From Candidatus Poriferihabitaceae bacterium (GTDB lineage Bacteria > Pseudomonadota > Gammaproteobacteria > Arenicellales > Poriferihabitantaceae), in NCBI GenBank assembly GCA_965237995.1, contig CBDEGO010000004.1, positions 451,780 to 515,779 of the forward strand: 64,000 nt of DNA, in the 5' to 3' direction. Positions 46,844-59,378 of the stretch are shown in pieces. Position 1 is the first letter of the stretch. The number at the start of each line of letters is the position of its first letter. Under the pieces are notes generated by a model. The model was not told the origin of the DNA. It made no database searches and saw only the letters and a program-made list of their open reading frames with translations. The position numbers and the translations under genes are program-made.

Positions 46844-46931
46844 ATATCGTTCTCTTTCGAATGCACAATTTGCGAGCCCTAAGATAACCAATTTAGCCTG
46901 AATATTCAATTAATATCACTGCTTTACGCCT

Positions 46932-48014
46932 TTATAGAACAAAAGCATTTAAAGTTTGCATCAATAGTTTTTTATCTACTTCATTGGTTACATGAGTCTT
47001 TCCTAGCTGCTCAAACAGCACAAAATTAAGTTGCCCGTGTTCTGTTTTTTTGTCTACAGCCATTAAACTGTGTAATTGCTCAGCGGTGACATCGCCTACA
47101 CCCGTTACCGGTAATTGAGCTGCATCCAGTATCTGTTTAACCCTAGCCACATCATCGGTTGATATTGACCCTAACCTTTTTGATAGATCTGCTGCCATCA
47201 GCATACCTAAGCCCACCGCTTCACCATGTAACCATTGCCCATAACCTTTAGCATTTTCGATAGCGTGACCAAAAGTATGGCCTAAGTTCAGCAAGGCTCG
47301 CACACCCTGTTCTTTCTCATCGGCAGCAACAACGTGTGCTTTAGCTTGGCAGGATCGCTCTATGATATAAGTTAAAGCCTTCTTATCTCTGAGCATGATA
47401 GCGTCGATGTTAGATTCTATCCATTGTAAAAACTCAATATCACCTAGCAAGCCATATTTAATCACTTCAGCCAACCCTGCTGAGAATTGACGCTGATCAA
47501 GCGTTGCTAAAGTATTAATATCAATAATGACTGCTTTGGGTTGATAAAAAGCCCCAATCATATTTTTGCCGAGCACGTGATTTACCCCTGTTTTCCCACC
47601 CACAGAGGAGTCAACTTGCGATAACAAAGTGGTGGGGGCTTGGATAAAGTCGACCCCTCTAAGGTAACAAGCTGCGCTAAATCCAACCAGATCTCCCGTT
47701 ACTCCACCACCCAGCGCAATAACGGTCGTTTTTCTGTCACACGATGCTTCAAGCATCGACGAGATCACTTTTTCAACCGTTGCTAAACTTTTAGTGGGCT
47801 CACCGTCTGGTAACACTAATGTCGTGATATCAGCAGATTCAGCAAGCGTTGCACATAGCTTGTCCAAATAGAGTGGAGCGACGACTTCATTCGAAATAAT
47901 AAAAACACGATGCCCGCGAATGTGGGGAACGAATAGATGGCTGTGATCTAGCAGGTCTGAACCAATATGAATAGGGTAGCTACGTGCGCCGAGGTCGATA
48001 TTAAGAGTGTTCAT
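46932..48014 (-). CDS. aroB: 3-dehydroquinate synthase
   Basis: ALGGGVTGDLVGFSAACYLRGVDFIQAPTTLLSQVDSSVGGKTGVN is typical of AroB. 360 aa. Confidence 0.95.
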   Translation of the reverse strand: MNTLNIDLGARSYPIHIGSDLLDHSHLFVPHIRGHRVFIISNEVVAPLYLDKLCATLAESADITTLVLPDGEPTKSLATVEKVISSMLEASCDRKTTVIALGGGVTGDLVGFSAACYLRGVDFIQAPTTLLSQVDSSVGGKTGVNHVLGKNMIGAFYQPKAVIIDINTLATLDQRQFSAGLAEVIKYGLLGDIEFLQWIESNIDAIMLRDKKALTYIIERSCQAKAHVVAADEKEQGVRALLNLGHTFGHAIENAKGYGQWLHGEAVGLGMLMAADLSKRLGSISTDDVARVKQILDAAQLPVTGVGDVTAEQLHSLMAVDKKTEHGQLNFVLFEQLGKTHVTNEVDKKLLMQTLNAFVL

Positions 48015-48513
48015 TTAAACTGTGTTGAATTCGCTTTGCCATTTGAAACGCCGTCCCTTTACCAACAGGCACAACATAATTAGCTGCAGCAGTATACATG
48101 GGCTCCCTTTCAATGAGTAAACCACGCAGTTTCTCCTTCGGGTTTTCGGTTTGCAATAGCGGGCGGTTGTGGCAATTTCGTAATCTAGACCACAGCGTTC
48201 CGAGCGATGCTCGCAGATAGACGACGTCTCCCGACTCTGATAAGAGCTTTCTATTCTCAGACTGAGTCACCATGCCGCCGCCTGTCGCCACCACCCCACT
48301 GTACTGCGTTGCCAATTCGGCTAACAGCTTTGTTTCGCGTTTTCTAAAGCCTTCTTCGCCTTCGATATCGAAAATATGGCCAACCGTAACACCGTTGCGC
48401 TTTTCGAGCTCCTGATCGGTATCGATAAAGGACTCACCTAAAAGTTTAGCTAACTTTCGGCCTATGGTAGTTTTACCCACTCCCATCATGCCGATTAAAT
48501 AAATATTAGCCAT
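48001..48513 (-). CDS. aroK: Shikimate kinase
   Basis: Walker A GMMGVGKTTIGR. FRKRE and GGG motifs are present. 170 aa. It overlaps the aroB start. Confidence 0.95.
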   Translation of the reverse strand: MANIYLIGMMGVGKTTIGRKLAKLLGESFIDTDQELEKRNGVTVGHIFDIEGEEGFRKRETKLLAELATQYSGVVATGGGMVTQSENRKLLSESGDVVYLRASLGTLWSRLRNCHNRPLLQTENPKEKLRGLLIEREPMYTAAANYVVPVGKGTAFQMAKRIQHSLNEHS

Positions 48514-48603
48514 CTGCTTGATCTAATAACATGTAAATAAATGAGTGCCATAGTAATAGATATAAGTACGCCCGTAATTAAAAAATTGCGCTGTTGCTTA
48601 ACT

Positions 48604-50811
48604 TTAAAATTCGGGCTTAATCAATCTAGGCGTGAGAAAAATCAATAACTCGGTTCTGTTATCTCTTTTCGTCTTCTTTTTGAACAAATTCCCTAGGATA
48701 GGTATGTCACCTAAAATTGGAGTTTTAGTAACAGATTCACCTTGAGACTGCTGGTAAATGCCACCGATCACAATGGTTTCACCGTTCTTCAAAAGTGTTT
48801 GCGTGACAATACGCTTTGTATTTAATGTGGTATCTCCAGAAAAGGTATCATTAGTGATATTCACATCTAGAATAATTTCTTCATCTGGCGTCACCTGTGG
48901 AGTCACGGTTAAACCTAACACCGCTTTTTTAATCACGGGCTCTCCACCTGATGTGCCAAACACACGTTCTTGCCCTTGTTCTATACGCGCCTCGTGTTTT
49001 TCAGTGGTGGTTATCTTCGGGTTAGCAATAACCTTGCCCTTACCCTCTGCTTGTAAAGCTGAAAGCTCTAAGTCGAGCAAATGCAAATAGCCCGCACCCA
49101 CTTTGGCAATTTGAAACGCATATCTGGCGGCCGTTTCACTACCAAGTGAATCGGCGCCTAAATTCACGCTGAGTGAATCGGGGTACAGCACTTCATTGTC
49201 GGTTCTCAGTCCGCTATTACCTTCGATGGAACCACTGCCAAAAACCGTTCCTAAACCATTATTATTACCAGACCCTAGGAAACGTGCATTCTCTGTCACG
49301 CGCGTAAAGCCAATGCGTGCCCCTAAACTCCTGCTAAAGTCATCCGTTGCTTCCACGATACGAGTCTCAATTTGTATCTGACGAACAGGTACATCCAGTT
49401 TAGCCACCAGTTTTCGGACTTCCTTAATCTTGGTAACGGTATCTTGAATTAAAATCGTATTTGTTCTTGCATCAACCGAAACGGACCCACGTCCAGAAAT
49501 CAGTGAATTATCAACGTTAACAACACTATTTCGAGTAATGGTCGTAGGTTCAGCGCCTTGCTCAAAGGTACCGGTTGCTGGATTAAAAAAGTTTGAATCG
49601 GTCCCTGTTCTAAACTCTGTTTGCTGGTCATCAGAAGTGGATACGGACTCGGTTGACTTCAATAAGGTAGCAATATCCTCAGCTTTAGCATAGTTCACTC
49701 GAATTAATTCAGTGACTAGTGGCTCTAATTCCGTCACCCTTTTTTTTGATTGAAACAACGCTAGCTCTTGTTTCGCTAATTCATCAGTGGGCGCAATACG
49801 AATCACATTACCTTTTTGTCTCATACTCAGATTCTTGGTCTGTAATATGAGATCTAAAGCTTGATCCCAAGGCACCTCATTTAAACGTAGCGATAAATCT
49901 CCATCGACCGAGTCCGAAGTAATTAGATTGAGCCCCGTAAAGTCTGCGATCACTTGCAACGCTGCGCGTACTGGAATGCGCTGGAAGCTCAAGGACAACT
50001 TATCTCCGTTATAGCCCGCCTGCTGCTGAGTTATAGCCTTCAGTTCTAATTCACTGATCGCGCTCACTTCGATAACGAATTGGTGGTCATTTTGAGTCAC
50101 CGTCTTACGGTACTCTCCAGTCGGTGTTACCACCATTCTTACGTCTTGACCATTTTGAAATAGATCGACAGTACTTACCGGTGTTGCAAAATCGACCACA
50201 TCTAATCGCTTTTCCAGTGCCTCGTTAACCGTACTGCGCTTAAAGTCGGCAATCAATTCGCCCGTTTCTTCCTTAAAATCCACAACTACGTTTGGCGAAC
50301 CTAACGAAACGATTATCTTACCGCTGCCCGAAGGCGTTCGGCGAAAATCAACGTCTGTAATCGAAGGTGAGGACGTACTACGTTGTTCACTACTTGCGTC
50401 AACAAGCTTCTGGACTAACCGCTTATTCTGCGAAAGTGTATGCGTCGAACTATCCACCACCAAACGCAAACCAGTAGCCTGCTTATCCAGCTTAAACGCA
50501 ACGGATTTCGACAAGTTTAATATCAATCTCAGCTTATCTTGACCCTCTAACAGCAAGACACTTTCGATGACACTTCTATCAACCTTAATAAGTTTTTGCT
50601 GCGTTTTATTTTCCACCCCAAACAGGTCAACAACTATTCGGTTCGGGTCGGCCATAACAAAATGTTGAACCTCTACATCTTTGTCACTTAACGTTAGATC
50701 TATCGCCGAATTTCCATCTGTGAGATGCTTTGCCTGCACCAGCGTCAAATCACTAGCTGTTGCAGCTCCAACCAATGCAGTGCTTAACACAACACCAAAC
50801 AGTATCTTCAT
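48604..50811 (-). CDS. pilQ: Type IV pilus secretin
   Basis: AMIN-like N-terminal repeats and a C-terminal secretin domain ending TKTPILGDIPILGNLFKKK...LLIFLTPRLI. I chose the start at the signal peptide MKILFGVV. Confidence 0.9.
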   Translation of the reverse strand: MKILFGVVLSTALVGAATASDLTLVQAKHLTDGNSAIDLTLSDKDVEVQHFVMADPNRIVVDLFGVENKTQQKLIKVDRSVIESVLLLEGQDKLRLILNLSKSVAFKLDKQATGLRLVVDSSTHTLSQNKRLVQKLVDASSEQRSTSSPSITDVDFRRTPSGSGKIIVSLGSPNVVVDFKEETGELIADFKRSTVNEALEKRLDVVDFATPVSTVDLFQNGQDVRMVVTPTGEYRKTVTQNDHQFVIEVSAISELELKAITQQQAGYNGDKLSLSFQRIPVRAALQVIADFTGLNLITSDSVDGDLSLRLNEVPWDQALDLILQTKNLSMRQKGNVIRIAPTDELAKQELALFQSKKRVTELEPLVTELIRVNYAKAEDIATLLKSTESVSTSDDQQTEFRTGTDSNFFNPATGTFEQGAEPTTITRNSVVNVDNSLISGRGSVSVDARTNTILIQDTVTKIKEVRKLVAKLDVPVRQIQIETRIVEATDDFSRSLGARIGFTRVTENARFLGSGNNNGLGTVFGSGSIEGNSGLRTDNEVLYPDSLSVNLGADSLGSETAARYAFQIAKVGAGYLHLLDLELSALQAEGKGKVIANPKITTTEKHEARIEQGQERVFGTSGGEPVIKKAVLGLTVTPQVTPDEEIILDVNITNDTFSGDTTLNTKRIVTQTLLKNGETIVIGGIYQQSQGESVTKTPILGDIPILGNLFKKKTKRDNRTELLIFLTPRLIKPEF

Positions 50812-50943
50812 GACACTGCATGTTGCACTTGTACTTTTCACTACGACACCGCCTGATCGCGCAGGGTTATTTGCCTCGACATGAAACTGCATTTGAATTC
50901 AATGAGTTGCTCTAAAATATTGTAATGACAAGTTATAGTCTAT

Positions 50944-51489
50944 CTATTTCGGCAAGGCAACTGCCACTATCCTTTTTTCCAACTCGCCACCTTCTGCTTG
51001 GACTGTTTCTTCTACCTTTATGCTCCCTTCAACAACTTCTAGTATTTCACCTAAATTGGTCCCAAGGTAGTTGCCTTTGCTAACGCGGTGGACAGTACCG
51101 TCTGGCGCCATAATAATGGCCCATCGCGTTCCATCTAGAGTAAGTGTTCCTGCCATTTCTAACGAGTCTAATGGGAAAAACTCCAGCGCCTCACGGTCAC
51201 GGCTTAGTTCTGCTATCAACGGAGCAACCTTCTTCTTGAGCGCCTCTTTCTGTTCTGGTAGTACGTTAATGATAGAAAATGGATTGCCTTCAAAGGCCGC
51301 GGCATACTGATAAGACTCAGCAGGCTCTACCACAGGCAAGGGCTCAACTTTGGGTACGACTGAGCTTTTAGTTTTATTTACAAACTCTTCTAAGTCTTTA
51401 GTTCCTTTCACTTTGTCGCATCCAGCGACAAACAGGCATAGGAGAGAGAAAACAAGAAATCGCTTACTTTTATCGTTACGCATCATCAT
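50944..51489 (-). CDS. pilP: Type IV pilus assembly lipoprotein PilP
   Basis: Lipobox LFVAGC. Its size and its position between pilO and pilQ fit PilP. Confidence 0.8.
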   Translation of the reverse strand: MMMRNDKSKRFLVFSLLCLFVAGCDKVKGTKDLEEFVNKTKSSVVPKVEPLPVVEPAESYQYAAAFEGNPFSIINVLPEQKEALKKKVAPLIAELSRDREALEFFPLDSLEMAGTLTLDGTRWAIIMAPDGTVHRVSKGNYLGTNLGEILEVVEGSIKVEETVQAEGGELEKRIVAVALPK

Positions 51490-51490
51490 A

Positions 51491-52144
51491 TTATTCTATC
51501 GCCTTGTCACTAGAAGCTGCCTCAACTTCAGCTTCATTGTAGTGGTAGGTAAATAAGTTGGCTTTAAAGGTAAGCGGTATATCTTCGATCGCAACATTAT
51601 CATCTTCGCTGAACGTCGTTCGCTGCATTTCTAGGTCTCCAATCGTTACTACTCGTTGGAAGTTCGCGATGTCACTCACAAAACTTGCTAATTGGTGATA
51701 GGTCCCCGACGCCTCAATTTGTATAGGCAACTCTACGTAAAAGCCTTTTTCTGATGCATCAGAAGGTTTGAACCGCTTAAATTCTAGCCCTCTTTCTTTA
51801 CCAGCTTGAGATATATCCGTGAGCAAAGCCGGCACCTCATTGCGGTTAGGTAGTTGGCGCAGCAATGCTTTAAATCGGTCTTCAATTTCTACCATCTGTA
51901 GCTCATAAGCGGGTAAATTTACCGCTAATTTTTGCCTCGCCAGAAACTCTTCTTTCAGTTTTATTTCTTGTGCTTGTGCCAACCGCAACCGCTCTAGCTT
52001 TGGCTTATAGAACAAACTGTAACCGCCATACAAGAGCATAATGCCGACTAAAATGGACGACAGCACTTTTAACCAATAGGGCCAAGAGGATAACTCGGAA
52101 AAATCCATTTCCTGCAAGCTTTCTGTGTAGTCTTGCAAGGCCAT
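51491..52144 (-). CDS. pilO: Type IV pilus assembly protein PilO
   Basis: A single TM segment, a coiled coil and a ferredoxin-like C-terminal domain. It sits in the conserved position in the operon. Confidence 0.85.
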   Translation of the reverse strand: MALQDYTESLQEMDFSELSSWPYWLKVLSSILVGIMLLYGGYSLFYKPKLERLRLAQAQEIKLKEEFLARQKLAVNLPAYELQMVEIEDRFKALLRQLPNRNEVPALLTDISQAGKERGLEFKRFKPSDASEKGFYVELPIQIEASGTYHQLASFVSDIANFQRVVTIGDLEMQRTTFSEDDNVAIEDIPLTFKANLFTYHYNEAEVEAASSDKAIE

Positions 52145-52740
52145 TAGTTATGCTGTTCGCTAGCTGAGCTAGAAAGACTTTCCGTAACCGTCAACTCGAA
52201 TTGACTGAGTTTATTGTTGTCTCTGTCTGTCACATTCACAACGGACAAATCAGACTTTCCAAACCACAAAGAGGAATCTAGCCGATTCATAAGCTCAGAG
52301 ACTCTTGCATTTGACTGGGCTCGACCGATCAACTTAATCTGATCATTCTGCTTAGACATCACGTCAAGAGTGACGCCCCGAGGTAATTTCCTTACCATAT
52401 CATCGAACACATGCACAATTTGGACACGATTGTCTTGTAAATTTTGCACAATTTCGATTCGAGACAGTAACTCTTTCTTCTTTTCTTTGAGCGCCTCGCT
52501 ACTGCGAATCTGTGTATTAATTTTCGCGTTCTGCTTGCTCAAGTACTGATTTCTTGCGTCTTGATCATTAACTAAGCTTGAAACCGCAGACAACATAAGA
52601 AACACCGCAGCGACACATATTAACCAATAGAAAATACTTACCCCCAGTAATCGCTTATCTCTCCTTTGCCTTCTTTTCTCCCTCCAGGGCAGTAAATTTA
52701 CCGTATCCACGTTAGGTCTTTCCACATCGCTAGGCCACAT
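52144..52740 (-). CDS. pilN: Type IV pilus assembly protein PilN
   Basis: The N-terminal VNLLPWRE motif binds PilM. One TM segment. The start may be the GTG at 52710 rather than the ATG at 52740. Confidence 0.85.
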   Translation of the reverse strand: MWPSDVERPNVDTVNLLPWREKRRQRRDKRLLGVSIFYWLICVAAVFLMLSAVSSLVNDQDARNQYLSKQNAKINTQIRSSEALKEKKKELLSRIEIVQNLQDNRVQIVHVFDDMVRKLPRGVTLDVMSKQNDQIKLIGRAQSNARVSELMNRLDSSLWFGKSDLSVVNVTDRDNNKLSQFELTVTESLSSSASEQHN

Positions 52741-53765
52741 GCATGCGCTAATTGAGGCGCCAGCCTATTTAGCTTTTTAATATCAAGTCGGCCCGCTTTT
52801 TTTAAATCCGTCATCGGATTCATGAATCTAACGTCAGTACGCAGTTTCTTAGAGAGAATGCTTTCTATTTCAGGCACCTGCATACATCCACCAGCTAACA
52901 ACACCTTAGCGATTTGCCCAGTTGCTCCAGAAGACTTGAAAGCATACATGACTCTTTCAATTTCTTTCAAGAATAACTTAACAAAAGGTTTTAGCACCTG
53001 CCTCTTATAACCTTTAGGCATACGTTGACTATACAAAGCTTGGTGCGCTTTGTCGTTACTAAGGCCATAGTGTGACGCAAAGCCATCAACTAAACTACTG
53101 GCTCCAAACGCCTCATCGCGGTGATAAACCATGTTATCGCCAGAGAAAACATAAAACCGAGTTGTTGACATTCCTACATCGATAATAGCGGTCAGATCGC
53201 TTGTTGATCCGCTTACGAAATCCTCTGGGTCCGCCGTAGCCGCTCTGAACAGCGCCTGATTTGAAACATCAATCGCATGAGGCTCCAACCCAGCAAGCTC
53301 AAGACACTCCGTAACGCTCTCTACCGTCTGTTTCCGGCAAGTAGTGACAACTAACTCGTCTTCTGCATCACTTGAATGCGCTTCATCGATATAAAAATCT
53401 AGGCTTAGCTCTTCCATGGGATAGGGAACAAATTTATCCACCTCAAGTTCTACCCATTGCTCAAGTTCGCGCGCTCGCATGCCTTTTTGCGCCCTAAGAC
53501 GCTTCACAATGACATCTGAGTAACCAACAGAAGCAACCGCTGATACACACGATAGGTTATTTTGCTTCAACGCTATTTGAATAATATCAGCCACCTGTGA
53601 GACGTCAACCACTCTTCCTTCAACGATCAGGCCTCTTGGCACTGGTTCGATATGAAATTTATCTAACTTAAAGTGCTTGTTCATATGCGCAAGCTGAACC
53701 AACTTTATCGATGATTCACCTATATCAACACCGAGAACACTCTTTTTGTTGCTCAATCCAAACAA
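52698..53765 (-). CDS. pilM: Type IV pilus assembly ATPase-like protein PilM
   Basis: Actin-like fold, starting LGVDIGESSIKLV. It is the first gene of pilMNOPQ. Confidence 0.9.
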   Translation of the reverse strand: MFGLSNKKSVLGVDIGESSIKLVQLAHMNKHFKLDKFHIEPVPRGLIVEGRVVDVSQVADIIQIALKQNNLSCVSAVASVGYSDVIVKRLRAQKGMRARELEQWVELEVDKFVPYPMEELSLDFYIDEAHSSDAEDELVVTTCRKQTVESVTECLELAGLEPHAIDVSNQALFRAATADPEDFVSGSTSDLTAIIDVGMSTTRFYVFSGDNMVYHRDEAFGASSLVDGFASHYGLSNDKAHQALYSQRMPKGYKRQVLKPFVKLFLKEIERVMYAFKSSGATGQIAKVLLAGGCMQVPEIESILSKKLRTDVRFMNPMTDLKKAGRLDIKKLNRLAPQLAHACGLAMWKDLTWIR

Positions 53766-53910
53766 TGTACAATCCTTAAGTCAGACCTCTAAAATTTTAC
53801 GACACACCTCTGGAAGCTGCAATTAGCAATTTACTTTGCGTTGTTTTATCTATAACGTGCCTTACTATCGTATTTATATGGAAAACTTGTAAGCTACCAG
53901 CTTTAGCTTT

Positions 53911-55737
53911 CTATTTCTCGGGTCCTTTACTTACCCGACCAGCGCGCTTTCTATCACTTTCTGATAATAGCTTCTTACGTATTCTCACATTAGCCGGGGT
54001 GATTTCAACCAATTCATCGTCCTCGATTAACTCAAGTGCAGATTCTAGAGTAATCTGCATGGGCGGCTCTAAAACAATACTATCGTCTTTACCTGAAGCG
54101 CGCACGTTAGTCAGTTGCTTGCCCTTAAGCGGGTTCACCACTAAATCGTTTCGCCTTGAATGAATGCCGATGACTTGGCCTTCATAGACTTCAGCGCCAT
54201 GACCGAGCATCAACTTGCCTCTTTCTTGCAGATTCCATAAAGCATAAGCCAGCGCTTTACCCGTAACCATCGAAATTAAAGCGCCATTACGTCGCCCCGA
54301 AAACTCTCCTTCCACCACCGGCGCGTACTGGCTAAAAACGTGATTAATCAATCCAGTACCCGAAGTAAGCGTCATGAAATCAGTTTGAAAGCCAATTAGG
54401 CCTCTAGCTGGCATAAAGTAAACCAGCCTAACGCGCCCTTTACCATCAGGTTGCATGTCTCTAAGTTCACCTTTTCGCGCACCAATGGCCTCCATAACTG
54501 CACCTTGATTCACTTCTTCAATATCAATGTCTACATCTTCAAATGGCTCGCAGCGCACACCATCGACTTCGCGATAGATAACTTGTGGTCGTGACACCGC
54601 AATTTCAAATCCTTCCCTACGCACGGTCTCCAGCAAAATAGATAGATGCAACTCGCCCCTTCCTGCCACCTCAAACATATCAGGATTAGGCGTGGGAGAA
54701 ACCCGTAAGGCCACATTATGAATAAGCTCTTTGTCTAAGCGTTCAAGAATTTGCCTTGAGGTCACAAACTTGCCTTCTTTGCCACTAAACGGGGACGTAT
54801 TTACTTGAAACATCATCGTTACGGTTGGCTGGTCCACCGTTAACGCTGGCAGTGCTTGTGGAGCAGCCGGGTCGCAAAGTGTGTCGGAAATAGATAATTC
54901 TTCAATACCTGTGACAGCGATAATATCGCCTGCTTGCGCAGTTTCCACTTCCACGCGCTGCAACCCGTGAAACCCCAAAATTTGTAACACGCGTGCGTTG
55001 CGCTTTTTACCTTCGCTATCCACCACTGCAATCGGTGAATTGCGTTTTATCTTACCGTTTCGTACCCGCCCGATACCAATCACCCCAACAAAATTAGAGT
55101 AGTCTACCGAAGATATTTGCATTTGAAACGGTGCGTCAATATCAACATCTGGCTCAGGCGCATGATCGACTACCGCCTGAAATAAGATATCCATACTGTC
55201 AGTACGTACATCTGCATCAAGCGTTGCATAGCCTTCTATCGCTGAGGCATAAACAACTGGAAAATCTAATTGCTCATCAGTACCGCCCAATCGATCAAAT
55301 AAATCAAACGTTTGGTCAACGACCCAGTCTGGCCTCGCGCCATCACGGTCAATCTTGTTGACGACAACGATGGGGCGCAAACCATGCTCAAATGCCTTCT
55401 GAGTAACAAATCGTGTTTGTGGCATCGGCCCTTCTACTGCGTCAACTAGCAACAGCACACTGTCAACCATCGACAAAACCCGTTCGACTTCTCCGCCAAA
55501 GTCGGCGTGACCCGGCGTATCAACAATATTGATCCGATAATCGTTCCACTTAAGCGCAGTATTCTTAGAAAGAATCGTTATACCGCGTTCTTTTTCAAGA
55601 TCGTTTCCATCCATCACGCGCTCAACGGGGCCAAATCGATCACCTAGTGTGCCGGACTGTTGTAACAAACGGTCTACCAACGTGGTTTTTCCGTGGTCAA
55701 CATGCGCGATGATGGCAATATTTCTTAGATCTTTCAT
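53911..55737 (-). CDS. typA: Translational GTPase TypA/BipA
   Basis: G motifs [21 protein letters not shown] and NKID. 608 aa. Confidence 0.95.
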   Translation of the reverse strand: MKDLRNIAIIAHVDHGKTTLVDRLLQQSGTLGDRFGPVERVMDGNDLEKERGITILSKNTALKWNDYRINIVDTPGHADFGGEVERVLSMVDSVLLLVDAVEGPMPQTRFVTQKAFEHGLRPIVVVNKIDRDGARPDWVVDQTFDLFDRLGGTDEQLDFPVVYASAIEGYATLDADVRTDSMDILFQAVVDHAPEPDVDIDAPFQMQISSVDYSNFVGVIGIGRVRNGKIKRNSPIAVVDSEGKKRNARVLQILGFHGLQRVEVETAQAGDIIAVTGIEELSISDTLCDPAAPQALPALTVDQPTVTMMFQVNTSPFSGKEGKFVTSRQILERLDKELIHNVALRVSPTPNPDMFEVAGRGELHLSILLETVRREGFEIAVSRPQVIYREVDGVRCEPFEDVDIDIEEVNQGAVMEAIGARKGELRDMQPDGKGRVRLVYFMPARGLIGFQTDFMTLTSGTGLINHVFSQYAPVVEGEFSGRRNGALISMVTGKALAYALWNLQERGKLMLGHGAEVYEGQVIGIHSRRNDLVVNPLKGKQLTNVRASGKDDSIVLEPPMQITLESALELIEDDELVEITPANVRIRKKLLSESDRKRAGRVSKGPEK

Positions 55738-55926
55738 ACGAAACTGTAAGCGCGCACAGCCGAAGGCAGCCGCAAAATAAAATGGGCGCCGATTGTATGC
55801 GATTTAACGAATTAAAGTATGTGTATTCTCCAACCATACATAGCTAAATCCGTTACTTCACGCTACGCTGCAAATCAACCACAGTTTTGATGGCTGCCGT
55901 GCCCTACTTCAGACTCGCTTATCGCC

Positions 55927-58379
<2,453 letters not shown>

Positions 58380-58418
58380 AAATCCAAAATTAACCTTTAA
58401 AAAACGATAAATTAGTTA

Positions 58419-59363
58419 ATGAATGCCTCGCCATTAGTCAGCATTGTAATGCCTGCTTACAACCACGAAAAATTCGTTGGTGAAGCGATTGACAGCGTAT
58501 TGAACCAAACTTGGCAACATTTAGAGCTCATCATTATTGACGATGGCTCAACCGATAAAACTGCCGATATTGTAAAGGCTTATGACGATCCACGGGTACA
58601 CTATTTTTATCAAGATAACCAAGATGCCTACAACGCGCTTAATGCCGGTTTAGAAAAAACTAACGGCGGCTTTATCGGTATTATCAATTCTGACGACGTA
58701 TTTCATACTTCGCGCATAGAGACCTTACTCGCGCTAATGAGCGAACATAACGCACAAGCTATTTTCTCTGATGTATCACCGATAGACGCTGAAAGCGCTC
58801 CCCTGAGTGATCCGGAATTTGGCTGGAATAACTGGCACCACGCTAATCGGCGTTTTTATGCACGTCACGACCGAGATATTTACCAAGGTTTTTTGCACGG
58901 GAATTTAATGGTCACCACATCAAACTTACTGATGAGCGCTGCGGCTAAAGACACCATCGGCGGCTTTGCCCCCTATCGTTACCTACACGACTACGACTAC
59001 CTATTTCGCTTGCTCAATGCGTTCCCAGAGCAAGTTCACTATGCGGAAGAGGCAGTATTATTAAATTATCGAATTCACGGTAACAATACCATTAGCGAAG
59101 CGGCTATTACTGGGCGCGAGCAAGATCAAGAAATTATTCGCAATGCTGTGTTGGCGCAATTACCCGCTGCAACCCACGCACGAGCTAATGTCGGTATCGA
59201 CCGCTTAATCACACTTGAACTCGAACTTATGGAGGTGCGCAAGCAACTCAATCCACAGGTGGAAAACGCGCCTAAAGGCAAGTTAACAGATGACACGCCC
59301 ACCCGTGATTTAGCGGCGCTAATTGTAAAACGACTGCTTTCGAAAATAGGCCTGCGTCGCTAG
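58419..59363 (+). CDS. Family 2 glycosyltransferase
   Basis: VSIVMPAYNHEKFVGEAIDSVLNQT...LIIIDDGSTD and a DxD-type segment, NSDDV. Confidence 0.85.
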   Translation: MNASPLVSIVMPAYNHEKFVGEAIDSVLNQTWQHLELIIIDDGSTDKTADIVKAYDDPRVHYFYQDNQDAYNALNAGLEKTNGGFIGIINSDDVFHTSRIETLLALMSEHNAQAIFSDVSPIDAESAPLSDPEFGWNNWHHANRRFYARHDRDIYQGFLHGNLMVTTSNLLMSAAAKDTIGGFAPYRYLHDYDYLFRLLNAFPEQVHYAEEAVLLNYRIHGNNTISEAAITGREQDQEIIRNAVLAQLPAATHARANVGIDRLITLELELMEVRKQLNPQVENAPKGKLTDDTPTRDLAALIVKRLLSKIGLRR

Positions 59364-59378
59364 GACAGTTTAAGAACC

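Noticed and set aside
48758-49381. Plus-strand ORFs 48758-49090 (110 aa) and 49196-49381 inside pilQ
   Set aside because: They are antisense to the secretin domain and have no motifs.
50812-50892. 27-codon N-terminal extension of pilQ
   Set aside because: The signal peptide begins at MKILFGVV (50811). The extension has no signal-like character.
53766-53910. Terminator after typA (AAGCT-GGT-AGCTT hairpin near 53885-53900)
   Set aside because: The stem is only 5 bp and the U-tract is weak, which is not enough to call a terminator.
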